Positions 17,990 through 27,081 of a stretch of DNA of 64,000 nucleotides are shown piece by piece. This DNA is from Hemiscyllium ocellatum. Taxonomy: Eukaryota. The stretch is from NCBI RefSeq assembly GCF_020745735.1, contig NC_083433.1:12845363-12909362 (forward strand), read 5' to 3'. A program made the translations under genes and the position numbers. The notes below the pieces were generated by a model. It saw only the letters and a list, made by a program, of their open reading frames with translations. It had not been told where the DNA came from and did not search any database. Numbering within the stretch: position 1 is the stretch's first letter; the number at the start of each line of letters is the position of its first letter.

Positions 17990-18125
17990 GACTTTTATTT
18001 ATACTTCAGGAGTTGACCCTCAGTTTATTCAGCAGGAAATGACATCATCAGTGATGGCCAATCACTCTTGTTAGTCAATCCATCAGCTGCCATGTCCAAT
18101 CAGCACAGGATGGGAATTGGATCCA
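17990..18125 (-). promoter_or_regulatory. Ferritin copy 2 core promoter
   Basis: TATAAA at 18003-17998, CAGGAAATGACATCA and two CCAAT boxes. Confidence 0.7.
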
Positions 18126-18373
18126 GAAGCCAAACAGAATTGACAACTGGTTGATGATGTCATTGCTGATTGACTTTTGACCTGCTGCATAACTGCAAAT
18201 TCTGGAAGTGCATCTACCTGAAAATGAAAATAAAACATGCTCTAAAACTTGACTATTGCATCTGAGGTAGTTTATTATAAAGTAAAAAATGAGGTCTGCA
18301 GATGCTGGAGATCACAGCTGCAAATGTGTTGCTGGTCAAAGCACAGCAGGCCAGGCAGCATCTCAGGAACAGA

Positions 18374-18412
18374 GAATTCGACGTTTCGAGCATAAGCCCT
18401 TCATCAGGAATA
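18374..18412 (-). ncRNA. Minimal type I hammerhead ribozyme in Penelope pLTR
   Basis: AUUC-CUGAUGA-A-GGGC-UUAU-GCUC-GAAA-C-GUC-GAAU: complete catalytic core, 4-bp stem II and palindromic ACGU stem III, typical of PLE hammerheads. Confidence 0.85.
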
Positions 18413-18700
18413 AGAGAGAGAGCCAAGCAGGCTAAGATAAAAGGTAGGGAGGAGGGACTGGGGGAGGGGCGATGGAGGTGGGATAGGTGGAAGGAGGTCA
18501 AGGTGAGGGTGATAGGCCGGAGTGGGGTGGGGGCGGAGAGGTCAGGAAGAGGATTGCAGGTTAGGAGGGCGGTGCTGAGTTGAGAGAACCGACTGAGACA
18601 AGGTGGGGGGAGGGGAAATGAGGAAACTGGAGAAATCTGAATTCATACCTTGTGGTTGGAGGGTTCCCAGGCGGAAGATGAGGCGCTCCTCCTCCAGCCG

Positions 18701-20749
18701 TCATGTAGTTGTGTTCTGCCGGTGGAGGAGTCCAAGGACCTGCATGTCCTCGGTGGAGTGGGAGGGGGAGTTAAAGTGTTGAGCCACGGGGTGATTGGGG
18801 TGGTTGGTTCGGGCGGCCCGGAGGTGTTCTCTGAAGCGTTCCGCAAGTAAGCGGCCTGTCTCACCAATATAGAGGAGGCCACATCGGGTGCAGCGGATGC
18901 AATAGATGATGTGTGTGGAGGTACAGGTGAACTTGTGGCGGATATGGAAGGATCCCTTGGGGCCTTGGAGGGAAGTGAGTGTGGAGATGTGGGCGCAAGT
19001 TTTACATTTCCTGCGGTTGCAGGGGAAGGTGCCGGGGGTGGAGGTTGGGTTGGTGGGGGGTGTGGATCTGACAAGGGAGTCACGAAGGGAGTGGTCCTTG
19101 CGGAACGCTGATAGGGGAGGGGAGGGAAATATATCCTTGGTGGTGGGGTCCATTTGGAGGTGGCGGAAATGACGGTGGATGATACGTTGTATGCGGAGGT
19201 TGGTGGGGTGGTAGGTGAGAACCAGTGGGGTTCTGTCTTGGTGGCGGTTGGAGGAGCGGGGCTCAAGGGCGGAGGAGCGGGAAGTGGAGGAGATGCGGTG
19301 GAGGGCATCGTCGATCACGTCTGGGGGGAATCTGCGGTCCTTGAAGAAGGAGGCCATCTGGGCTGTGCGGTGTTGGAATTGATCCTCCTGGGAGCAGATG
19401 CGGCGGAGACGAAGGAATTGGGAATATGGGATGGCGTTTTTACAGGGGGCAGGGTGGGAGGAGGTGTAGTCCAGGTAGCTGTGGGAGTCAGTCGGTTTAT
19501 AATAGATGTCTGTGTTGAGTCGGTCGCCCGAGATAGAAATGGAAAGGTCTAGGAAGGGGAGGGAGGAGTCTGAGACAGTCCAGGTGAATTTCAGGTCGGG
19601 ATGGAAGGTGTTAGTAAAGTTGAAGAACTGTTCAACCTCCTCGTGGGAGCACGAGGCAGCGCCGATACAGTCATCGATGTAGCGGAGGAAAAGGTGGGGG
19701 GTGGTGCCAGTGTAGTTGCGGAAGATGGACTGTTCCACATATCCTACGAAGGGGCAGGCATAGCTGGGGCCCATGCGGGTGCCCATGGCAACTCCTTTAG
19801 TTTGGAGGAAGTGGGAGGATTGAAAAGAGAAGTTATTCAGGGTGAGGACCAGTTCAGTCAGTCGAAGGAGGGTGTCAGTGGAAGGGTACTGGTTAGTGCG
19901 GCGGGAAAGGAAGAAGCGGAGGGCTTTGAGTCCTTCGTGATGGGGGATGGAGGTGTACAGGGACTGGATGTCCATAGTGAAAATAAGGCATTGGGGACCG
20001 GGGAAGCGAAAATCCTGGAGGAGGTGGAGGGCGTGGGTGGTGTCCCGAACGTAGGTGGGGAGTTCTTGGACTAAAGGGGACAGGACCGTGTCGAGGTATT
20101 GGGAGATGAGTTCGGTGGGGCAGGAGCAGGCTGAGACAATGGGTCGGCCGGGGCAGGCAGGTTTGTGGATTTTGGGCAGGAGGTAGAAACGGGCGGTGCG
20201 GGGTTGTGGGACTATGAGGTTGGAGGCGGTGGATGGGAGATCCCCTGAGGTGATGAGGTCCTGGATGGTCTGGGAGATGATGGTTTGGTGGTGGGAGGTG
20301 GGGTCGTGGTCAAGGGGGCGATAAGAGGAGGCGTCCGCGAGCTGGCGTTTGGCTTCAGCGGTGTACAGGTCAGTGCGCCAAACTACCACCGCGCCTCCCT
20401 TGTCTGCGGGTTTGATGGTGAGGTTGGGATTGGAGCGGAGGGAGTGGAGGGCTGCACGTTCTGAGGGTGAGAGGTTGGAGTGGGTGAGAGGGGTGGACAG
20501 GTTGAGTCGGTTGATGTCACGGCGGCAGTTGGCTATAAAGAGGTCGAGGGCGGGTAGGAGGCCTGCACGGGGTGTCCAGGTGGATGGGGTGTGTTGGAGG
20601 CGGGAGAAGGGGTCGTCAGAGGGTGGGCGGGGTACTGTACTAATGCAGAGACCAAGCCCAGGCTGGACTCTGCTCCAAGCCAAGCATAGAAATACAAGTC
20701 TTACCAGAAAGCTCAAACTGTCATTGCTTAGGCTAGTCAGTAATTCCAT
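18701..20749 (-). CDS. Penelope-like reverse transcriptase + GIY-YIG endonuclease ORF (5'-truncated, premature stop)
   Basis: IKPADKGGAVVVW, FYLLPKIHK, GRPIVS, MDIQSLYTSIP, GVAMGTRMGPSYA, RYIDD, CKTC and IIYCIRCTRCGLLYIGETGR. TGA at 18701-18703 is followed in frame by RLEEERLIFRLGTLQPQGMN. The first ~38 aa come from non-PLE DNA. Confidence 0.93.
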   Translation of the reverse strand: MELLTSLSNDSLSFLVRLVFLCLAWSRVQPGLGLCISTVPRPPSDDPFSRLQHTPSTWTPRAGLLPALDLFIANCRRDINRLNLSTPLTHSNLSPSERAALHSLRSNPNLTIKPADKGGAVVVWRTDLYTAEAKRQLADASSYRPLDHDPTSHHQTIISQTIQDLITSGDLPSTASNLIVPQPRTARFYLLPKIHKPACPGRPIVSACSCPTELISQYLDTVLSPLVQELPTYVRDTTHALHLLQDFRFPGPQCLIFTMDIQSLYTSIPHHEGLKALRFFLSRRTNQYPSTDTLLRLTELVLTLNNFSFQSSHFLQTKGVAMGTRMGPSYACPFVGYVEQSIFRNYTGTTPHLFLRYIDDCIGAASCSHEEVEQFFNFTNTFHPDLKFTWTVSDSSLPFLDLSISISGDRLNTDIYYKPTDSHSYLDYTSSHPAPCKNAIPYSQFLRLRRICSQEDQFQHRTAQMASFFKDRRFPPDVIDDALHRISSTSRSSALEPRSSNRHQDRTPLVLTYHPTNLRIQRIIHRHFRHLQMDPTTKDIFPSPPLSAFRKDHSLRDSLVRSTPPTNPTSTPGTFPCNRRKCKTCAHISTLTSLQGPKGSFHIRHKFTCTSTHIIYCIRCTRCGLLYIGETGRLLAERFREHLRAARTNHPNHPVAQHFNSPSHSTEDMQVLGLLHRQNTTT

Positions 20750-21785
20750 TCCTATAAATGGAGCTAGTTCAAACCACCCAGTCTAAGCAAATAAGCCACT
20801 CCACCAATATAGGGGCAGGGGAGGAAAGAAAGAGGGTAGTGGTGCAGTGATAGCATCAGAGTTGAGAAACCCAGGTTTATTTTCCATTTACTAGATACAG
20901 GTGAAACATCTGAACTGATCAGTTAGAAGAGAGGGAGAAACATCAGTTACACCCAGAGATTGATATTACAACCAAACTCAGGGACAGTTAGCAAGTGTAT
21001 TAAGTCCAGCTGATATTAGACCCTTTAGGACACTTGTAACACTGATACTGTCCCTGGTCTAGGGACAGAGACCCAGGTTCAAGTCCCACCTGCTCCAGAT
21101 GTGAACAAAGAACATTACTATGCAGTATAGGCCTTCAGTGTTACATCAATCTGAAGCCCATCTAGCCTACACTATTCCATTTCATTTCATGGAAATGCCT
21201 ATCCAATGACTATTTAAATGCCCTTAAAATTTGGCAAGTCAACAACTGTTGCAAGCAATACATTCTACATCCCTACTACTGAACTACTTTAGACATCTTT
21301 CCTATATCTATTACCCTCCATTTAAATTTATAGCCCTTAATACTAGCCATCACCATCCAAGGTGGAAAGGCTCTGTCCAACCTCTCTAAATCACTTTTAT
21401 ATGTCTCAATTAAGCCATCTCAACCTTCTCCAAGAAGGAGAGCTTCAAGTCCCTCAGCCATTTCAAGACCTTCTCCCATACCAGGTTCTTCTCTGAACCC
21501 TTTATAAAACTTCCACATCCTTCCTATAACAGTGACCAGAACTGTACACAATACTCCAAGTGCAGCCACACCACAGTTTTGTACAACTAAAACATGTTGT
21601 GGCAACATCTGAGGAGTGGATTAATTAAAAGAACACACCCCATATCTATCCAAGTATAAGACTGACATCAATAGTTAAGACAGCCATGAAGTCTAAACAA
21701 GAAACTATTCAGGTCAAATCAAAAACAGAAACTTTAATTTTATAAAAAGAAAGGCTTTATTTGAAAAAGCAGAGACAAAACTTAC

Positions 21786-21887
21786 CGAAGACTGATAGAG
21801 ATAGGAGGCAGTGAGCTCGAGGTTAATCTGCTTGTTGACAGCAGCTTCACAATCCTGGTGATAGTTTTGACAAACCAGTGAGGCCAT
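21786..21887 (-). other. Orphan ferritin exon 1 (34 codons, intact ATG and GTAAG donor)
   Basis: [34 protein letters not shown]|gtaag. Flanks differ strongly from copies 1-6, and it has no exons 2-4 of its own. Confidence 0.92.
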
Positions 21888-21979
21888 TTTGTCAAAAGAA
21901 GCCTTATCCTGATTCCTATTTTCTTCCCCAAAAGCCCCACACACAATGCTCAATAACAGCTACCATTACCTTTTAGTGT

Positions 21980-22102
21980 TAAATTTATACTCTAGGAACA
22001 TAATCCTCATCTTTTCAAGCAGGAAATCACATAATCAGAGGTGACCAATCGTTTTTCTCAATGAGTTGAAGAGCTGCCATTTCCAGTTGGATTCCAATCA
22101 GT
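21980..22102 (-). promoter_or_regulatory. Promoter of the orphan ferritin exon
   Basis: TATAAA at 21989-21984 (102 nt from ATG), AGCAGGAAAT, CCAAT at 22045 and 22094, and AGCTGCCAT, in the same order as in the array promoters. Confidence 0.7.
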
Positions 22103-22874
22103 GCATCTGGACCCAAAATGATAAAGGAAGGGCTCATTTGATAGGCACCTCAACCATTATGGAATCCTTGATTAATCTTTGACCTTCACAAGCTCGGTTT
22201 CACGTCTCTACTTGGAAACAAGAACAAAAATAAAGTACATTATAAATCCAATTTTTATGTTTGGGTGAAGATAATAAGATAATCCTGCTGAGGGCCTGCA
22301 GAGCTACATTGATGTGTTACTCTGAGGGATTCTCTTTCCTGTCTTATCAATGGCAGTGTTGAAAACCCATTGGAAAATAGAGGCTTTGTTCTTAGAAAAT
22401 ATTTTCCTCTTGGTATCTTCAACTTTTTGCCCAACGTCAGATTCAACCCACACTGTTGTGACCTTAACTGCATATCAGACAAGGATCCAGGTCCTGAATT
22501 CACCCTAGTCAGAATGGGGACCAAACCCTGCAGTGCTTGCATCAGGTGCTGTGGCAGGTGCTCCAACCAACTGAGCCAACTGGCCCATGAAGGATTCTGA
22601 GTTGCTATGGTAACACACCTTTTCCCACATGTTGTAGCCTGGAACTATGGACCGTGATGGTAAAGGCTCCAATTTCTTTCCATCACACCTGCCGATAAGG
22701 AATCTGTCCTGCTCCTACCACCTGCTCTTGGAATGATTTGAAAAGATTTGCAAGTTTATATTTGGATTTCAATTCAATCCAGTGGCATATGAGTGTTAGC
22801 TGACTTCTGTGATGGGATTTAGAATTTACTTAGGTCAGTCTTTCTGGAACCATGGTCTTAACTAATATGTGTCA

Positions 22875-23388
22875 AAATGTGTGGTGCTGGAAAAGCACAG
22901 CTGGTCAGGCAGTATCCAAAGAGCAGGACAGTCAACGTTTCGAGCCAGGAATGTGGGGGAGGCCCAAGGGGGTTGAGAAATAAATGGGACGGGGATGGAG
23001 CCGGGGAAAGGTAGTTGGGAATGCGATAGGTAGATGGAGGTGGGTGTGATAGTGATAGATTGGAATGGAGAGTGGAGCAGATAGGTGGGAAGGAAGATGG
23101 GTGGATAGGACAGATCAAGAGGGTGGTGCCGAGTTGGAGGATTGGATCTGGGATAAGGTGGGGGGAGGGGAGATGAAGAAACTGGTGAAATCGACATTGA
23201 TCCCATGTGGTTAGAGGGTCCCAAGGCGTTCTTCCTCCAGGCGTCAGGTGGCTAGGATTTGACGATGGAAGAGTCTCAGGACTGGCATATCCTTGGTGAC
23301 GTGGGAGAGGAAGTTGAAGTGGTCAGCCACAGGGCAGCGGGGTTGTTTAGTGCCTGTGTCCCAGCATCTGCAGTCCTTACTTTCTCCT
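22875..23388 (-). mobile_element. Older Penelope-like 3' fragment with inverted tail and 17-bp TSD
   Basis: Homologous to 18320-18800. TSD TTAACTAATATGTGTCA at 22858-22874 and 23389-23405. Inverted tail AGCATCTGCAGTCCTTACTTT. Hammerhead core partly deleted. Confidence 0.8.
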
Positions 23389-23683
23389 TTAACTAATATG
23401 TGTCAGACGACAGCAAAGCCTCCTGAAGAGTAAATGGAAGTTTGTTTATTGTGGGTAATTAGAACAGGAGAGTAAACATTAAGTCATTAGCTTTAACAGA
23501 ATATAGGATGAGTACGTTTTTGTTTAAAGTTCAAAGGTTTTTGGGTTCAGTTGAGAGGAGATGCAAACCAAATGCAAATATATTCTTTTCTAGTAAAGGG
23601 AATTATTCAGAGCAGGTAAAGGAATAAGGTACCTCAGTTAAAGACTGAAGTTTGTGAAACTTCCAGACTAGGGTAGAATTATC

Positions 23684-23733
23684 TTTTTTTTTAAATTTCA
23701 AAAATATACTTTATTCATAAGATAATTTGATGG
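23684..23733 (-). mobile_element. 50-bp poly(A)-tailed 3' tip of the Tx1-like family
   Basis: Reverse complement CCATCAAATTATCTTATGAATAAAGTATATTTTTGAAATTT(A)n matches 318-356. Confidence 0.7.
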
Positions 23734-23771
23734 ATTCCTGATGAAGGGCTTATGCTCGAAACGTCGAATTC
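23732..23771 (+). ncRNA. Minimal type I hammerhead ribozyme in the inverted pLTR
   Basis: GGAUUC-CUGAUGA-AGGGCUUAUGCUC-GAAA-C-GUC-GAAUUC. Confidence 0.85.
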
Positions 23772-24083
23772 TCTATTCCTGAGATGCTGCCTGGCCTGCT
23801 GTGCTTTGACCAGCAACACATTTGCAGCTAGTTTATTATAAAGACATGCTCAACACAGATTTGCAGAATTCTGATTGTTCATTCATCTTCGGAATTTGTC
23901 TTCCTGTCTTTTGAATGACAGTGTTGGGAGTCCATTGAAAAATGGCGAGATTTTGTTGACATTAAACATTTGCCTCTTGCTTGACAGTGACAGTAATAAT
24001 GTGCTTTTGGGTCCTAGTGCAGGCAACTTTGTGGATTCATTCTAAATCTGCTGTGACCTCTTTGACTTTGGGTCTCTGGAAGC

Positions 24084-24886
24084 CCAGTTTACAAACCAAA
24101 ATGCTAAATGTGCTGAGTGCCTCAGCCATGTAGTAGGCCTCAGGCCTCCATGTCTAAATTGCTGCTCAAAACCTATGGTACATTCGGCTTTTCTGTCTCC
24201 ATGTTCAATTTGTAATTGTTTCAAGAAGGACCAGCCCTCAACTCAAGGATGTTTCCAAGTGGGAAGATTCTGATTCTGGAAAGTCATGAGTTGAGAAATT
24301 CACAACAGAATTCCCAGCCTCTGACTTACTCTCATTGCCATGAATATTTATCAGGGTTGACCTCTGACCGTGGTTCCATGTATAATACTCAAACTCGTAC
24401 CTCAATCTGACAAGTAATGGCTAGACTGTAACCTGGTATTTGGGAAAGTTATTGGGTCAAAGTAACTTGCTTCCACCAATCCATCCGTCAAGGCTGTGAT
24501 CATACCGTAACATTGAGTGGGGACCTTCAATCCCCAAACTCTCCCAGCCCACCATTCCACTGGATGCTGCTCAGTTCAACACAATCAGCATTAGGTTGAG
24601 ACACTTTCATGTCCATATCGCTGTGGGTATGGACCACATAGAGCTCGGAGACTAGTTTCTGAGCTATATATTCTACAGAATACAATGTAAACAGAACAAT
24701 AATCCCGCTAATTGGAAACATGCTCAAGTTGAGGGCTAGTACTTCTTGAAACAAGTAAAAATTGAACATGGAGATAGAAAAGCTGAATGTGCCATATGTT
24801 TCGAGCAGCAATTTAGACATGGAGGCCTGAGGCCTACTACATGTCTGAGGCACTCAGTACATTTAGTGTTTTGGTTTGTAGACTGG
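24084..24886. repeat. Inverted repeat, ~175-bp arms with ~450-bp loop (also at 33663-34465, 43548-44350, 53643-54445, 62581-63383)
   Basis: 24084-24258 is the diverged reverse complement of 24712-24886. The same pseudo-peptide (EHGDRKAEC..FEQQFRHGGLRPTT) appears on both strands in the ORF track. Confidence 0.88.
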
Positions 24887-25079
24887 ACTACATATATATT
24901 GTCGCATATGCAGTTTGGTTCTGTACAATTGCATATCAAAGAAACAAATATTGGAGTTTGACTCTATCCAACAAATCGAAAAGTTCTCTTACTTGAACCA
25001 GATTGTATTTACATGCATTTGAGGCAGTGGAAAGATCCAATAACTGAATGGATCCTCATTAACCTTCAGCAGAAAGACT

Positions 25080-26220
25080 TCAGACAATGGTCTTTCCCCA
25101 CATGCCCCTCAGCGGCAGCTGCCCCAAGCTTCAGCGCGTCCCTCAGCACGTAGACCTGGACCTTGGAATGTGCCGGTCTGCAACACTCAGTCGGGGTCAA
25201 CTACTTGCTCTGGAAGACCAACCAAATTTTGGGTAAACCAAAGGGGGCCTTTCACTGAGTGGATGGTCCTCCAGGCGCAGTTGATGTTTGTCTTGGTGTG
25301 CGTCCTGAGGAGCAGACCATAGGGCACAGAGTCCCACGTCATGGATCTGCTCAGGACGACACTCAACACACACCACTGCATCATCCTCCAGACTTCCTTT
25401 GCAAGGGCACATTCAGGAAGGAGATATGGAACAGTCTCTATCCCTGGCAGCCGCTTCGCGGGCAGCGTTCGATGGCGCAGAGAGACTGGGCGTGCATGAG
25501 GATTTCACAGGTAATGCCCTTCTTACCACCAGCCAAGCCATGTCTTGGTGCTTGTTGGAAAGTTCTGGTGATGAGTCATTCTGCCAAAAGGCTTTAACAG
25601 ACTGCTCAGGGGACAACCCGACAGGATCCACCCTCTCCTTTTCCCGAAGGGTCTCAAGGACACTACGTGCTGACCACCTCCTGGGGGATTTGTAGTCGAA
25701 AGTGTTGTTTTTTTAGAAATTTCTCCACAAAGGACAGGTGATATGGAATGGTCAAACTACTTGGAGGGTTTCAAGGCAATGAGGCTAGGCCCATGATTCG
25801 CAACACCAGGGACAGGTGGAACCTCAGTACGTAGTGACACTTGGTGTCTGCGTGCCGGGGTCTATGCACAACTTGATGCAGCTGCACACAAAGATGGCCA
25901 TCAGAATAAGGGCAGTATATTCCTCCCTCCCTCATCCAGAGTTTTGGGCATGGTGTCCCTAAGGACATAGAAGTCTACGATGGACCAGGTAACAGCGCAG
26001 TTTCAGGGAACAGGCCAGACCTGCATCACAGACAACAACAGAGAGAGTGCCTCACACCTGATGATCAGGTTTTACCCACAATGGAGAGGGAGTGGTGCTC
26101 TCAAAGGCCCAGTTTCTGCCTCATCTTGGTGATGCACTCCTCCCAAAATTTTGCACACACCCCTCTGAATCGTACTCCCAGCACCTTCAGGTAATCTGTC
26201 CTGACCGTGAAGGGATAAAG
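25080..26220 (-). mobile_element. Tx1-like LINE ORF2 C-terminal fragment, decayed
   Basis: SSPELSNKHQDMAWLVVRRALPV and NINCAWRTIHSVK. Same family as 1-356. Confidence 0.75.
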
Positions 26221-27056
26221 GATCGGTCAGCCCAGTTGCCAGTTAACATGGTTTTGCTCTTTGTCTCAATTTACCTTGGCTCCCAGGACCAAAGATATCA
26301 GGCTGAGTGGATTGGCCATGCTAAATTGCAGATAACATCTAGGGATAGGTAGGCTAGGTGGATCAGCCTTGGGATATGGGGGAAAGCATGGGTCCGAGCA
26401 GGATGCTGTTCAGATGATTGATGCAGACTCAATGGGGTGAATGGCCTCTTTCTGGACTGTAGGGATTCTATCAGCATAACTTAATGTTTGGTTTAAAATA
26501 AAAGCATTTATGTGCTGGAATAAATATGTTCAGTGCCTTAAAGTCTCACCCTCCACCCTGAAGGTTGCAGAATGCACTAGTTAAACAAAATGCACTGAAA
26601 CAATCACCAGGATGTCTCTGACAGCCCCCTCCCTAACCCACGATCCCTGAAACCTTGAAAGATAAATGAAACAGCTGTACAGGAGAGTCAGTATCTCCAT
26701 GTTTTCTCTCCCAGTCACACCCACTCCCCAACATGGAGAGCAATCATTGCTCCTTCAACATCACTGGGTCAAATCAAACTGCATCAGGAGAATCCTTCAG
26801 CAGATGGGAAGTTAGGATCAGCTTGGGCTGCTAAAGTCAGCAGTTTGCAGTAAGAGTAAATCAGATGGAAGCATCTAACCTCAACCATTGCTGTTATTCC
26901 CAGGGCACTGTCATCCTGCCCATTTCAGCTGTAGGGGGCAATGCAGAACACACATTATAATCCATTGCAGCTCAGGAAAATTCCTTGAGCTGACCCCCTG
27001 GCCTTGGCCCCTGCTCTGGGCTACCAGGCCTGAAGTTTTTTTTTAAAAAAAAGGTT

Positions 27057-27081
27057 GGGGGGGGGGGGGGGGGGGGGGGGG
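27057..27081 (+). repeat. G25 homopolymer next to a T9A8 tract
   Basis: Seen directly. Only G4-G5 at the equivalent site in other units. Confidence 0.85.

Larger units (their letters stand above)
18283..23828 (-). mobile_element. Composite Penelope-like element insertion with captured host DNA
   Basis: TSD TAGTTTATTATAAAG at 18268-18282 and 23829-23843. Inverted pLTRs at 18316-18411 and 23734-23829 (96 bp, 1 mismatch). A 33-nt tail (18283-18315) is present on the 3' copy only. The site is empty in the other units (e.g. ~33408-33422). Confidence 0.92.

Noticed and set aside
17972-17990. C-AAAGG-CAGTGT-TTGTT resembling an IRE loop
   Set aside because: The upper stem has two G-U pairs and a mismatch, it lies only ~15-30 nt after the TATA (at or before the TSS), and CAGTG is absent in copies 1 and 4 and the orphan.
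18643-20786. Pro-rich, Gly-rich and antisense ORFs overlapping the PLE
   Set aside because: Alternative-frame shadows of a GC-rich RT ORF.
22930-22952. Third hammerhead in the older PLE fragment
   Set aside because: The core is deleted (CCTG-GCTCGAAACGTT), so CUGAUGA and stem II are lost.
24042-24961. Recurring short ORFs such as MKQLQIEHGDRKAEC.. and MFQEGPALNS.. as a small protein family
   Set aside because: They recur only because the unit is duplicated and contains an inverted repeat. Starts are mostly non-ATG, stops vary between copies and there is no recognisable domain.
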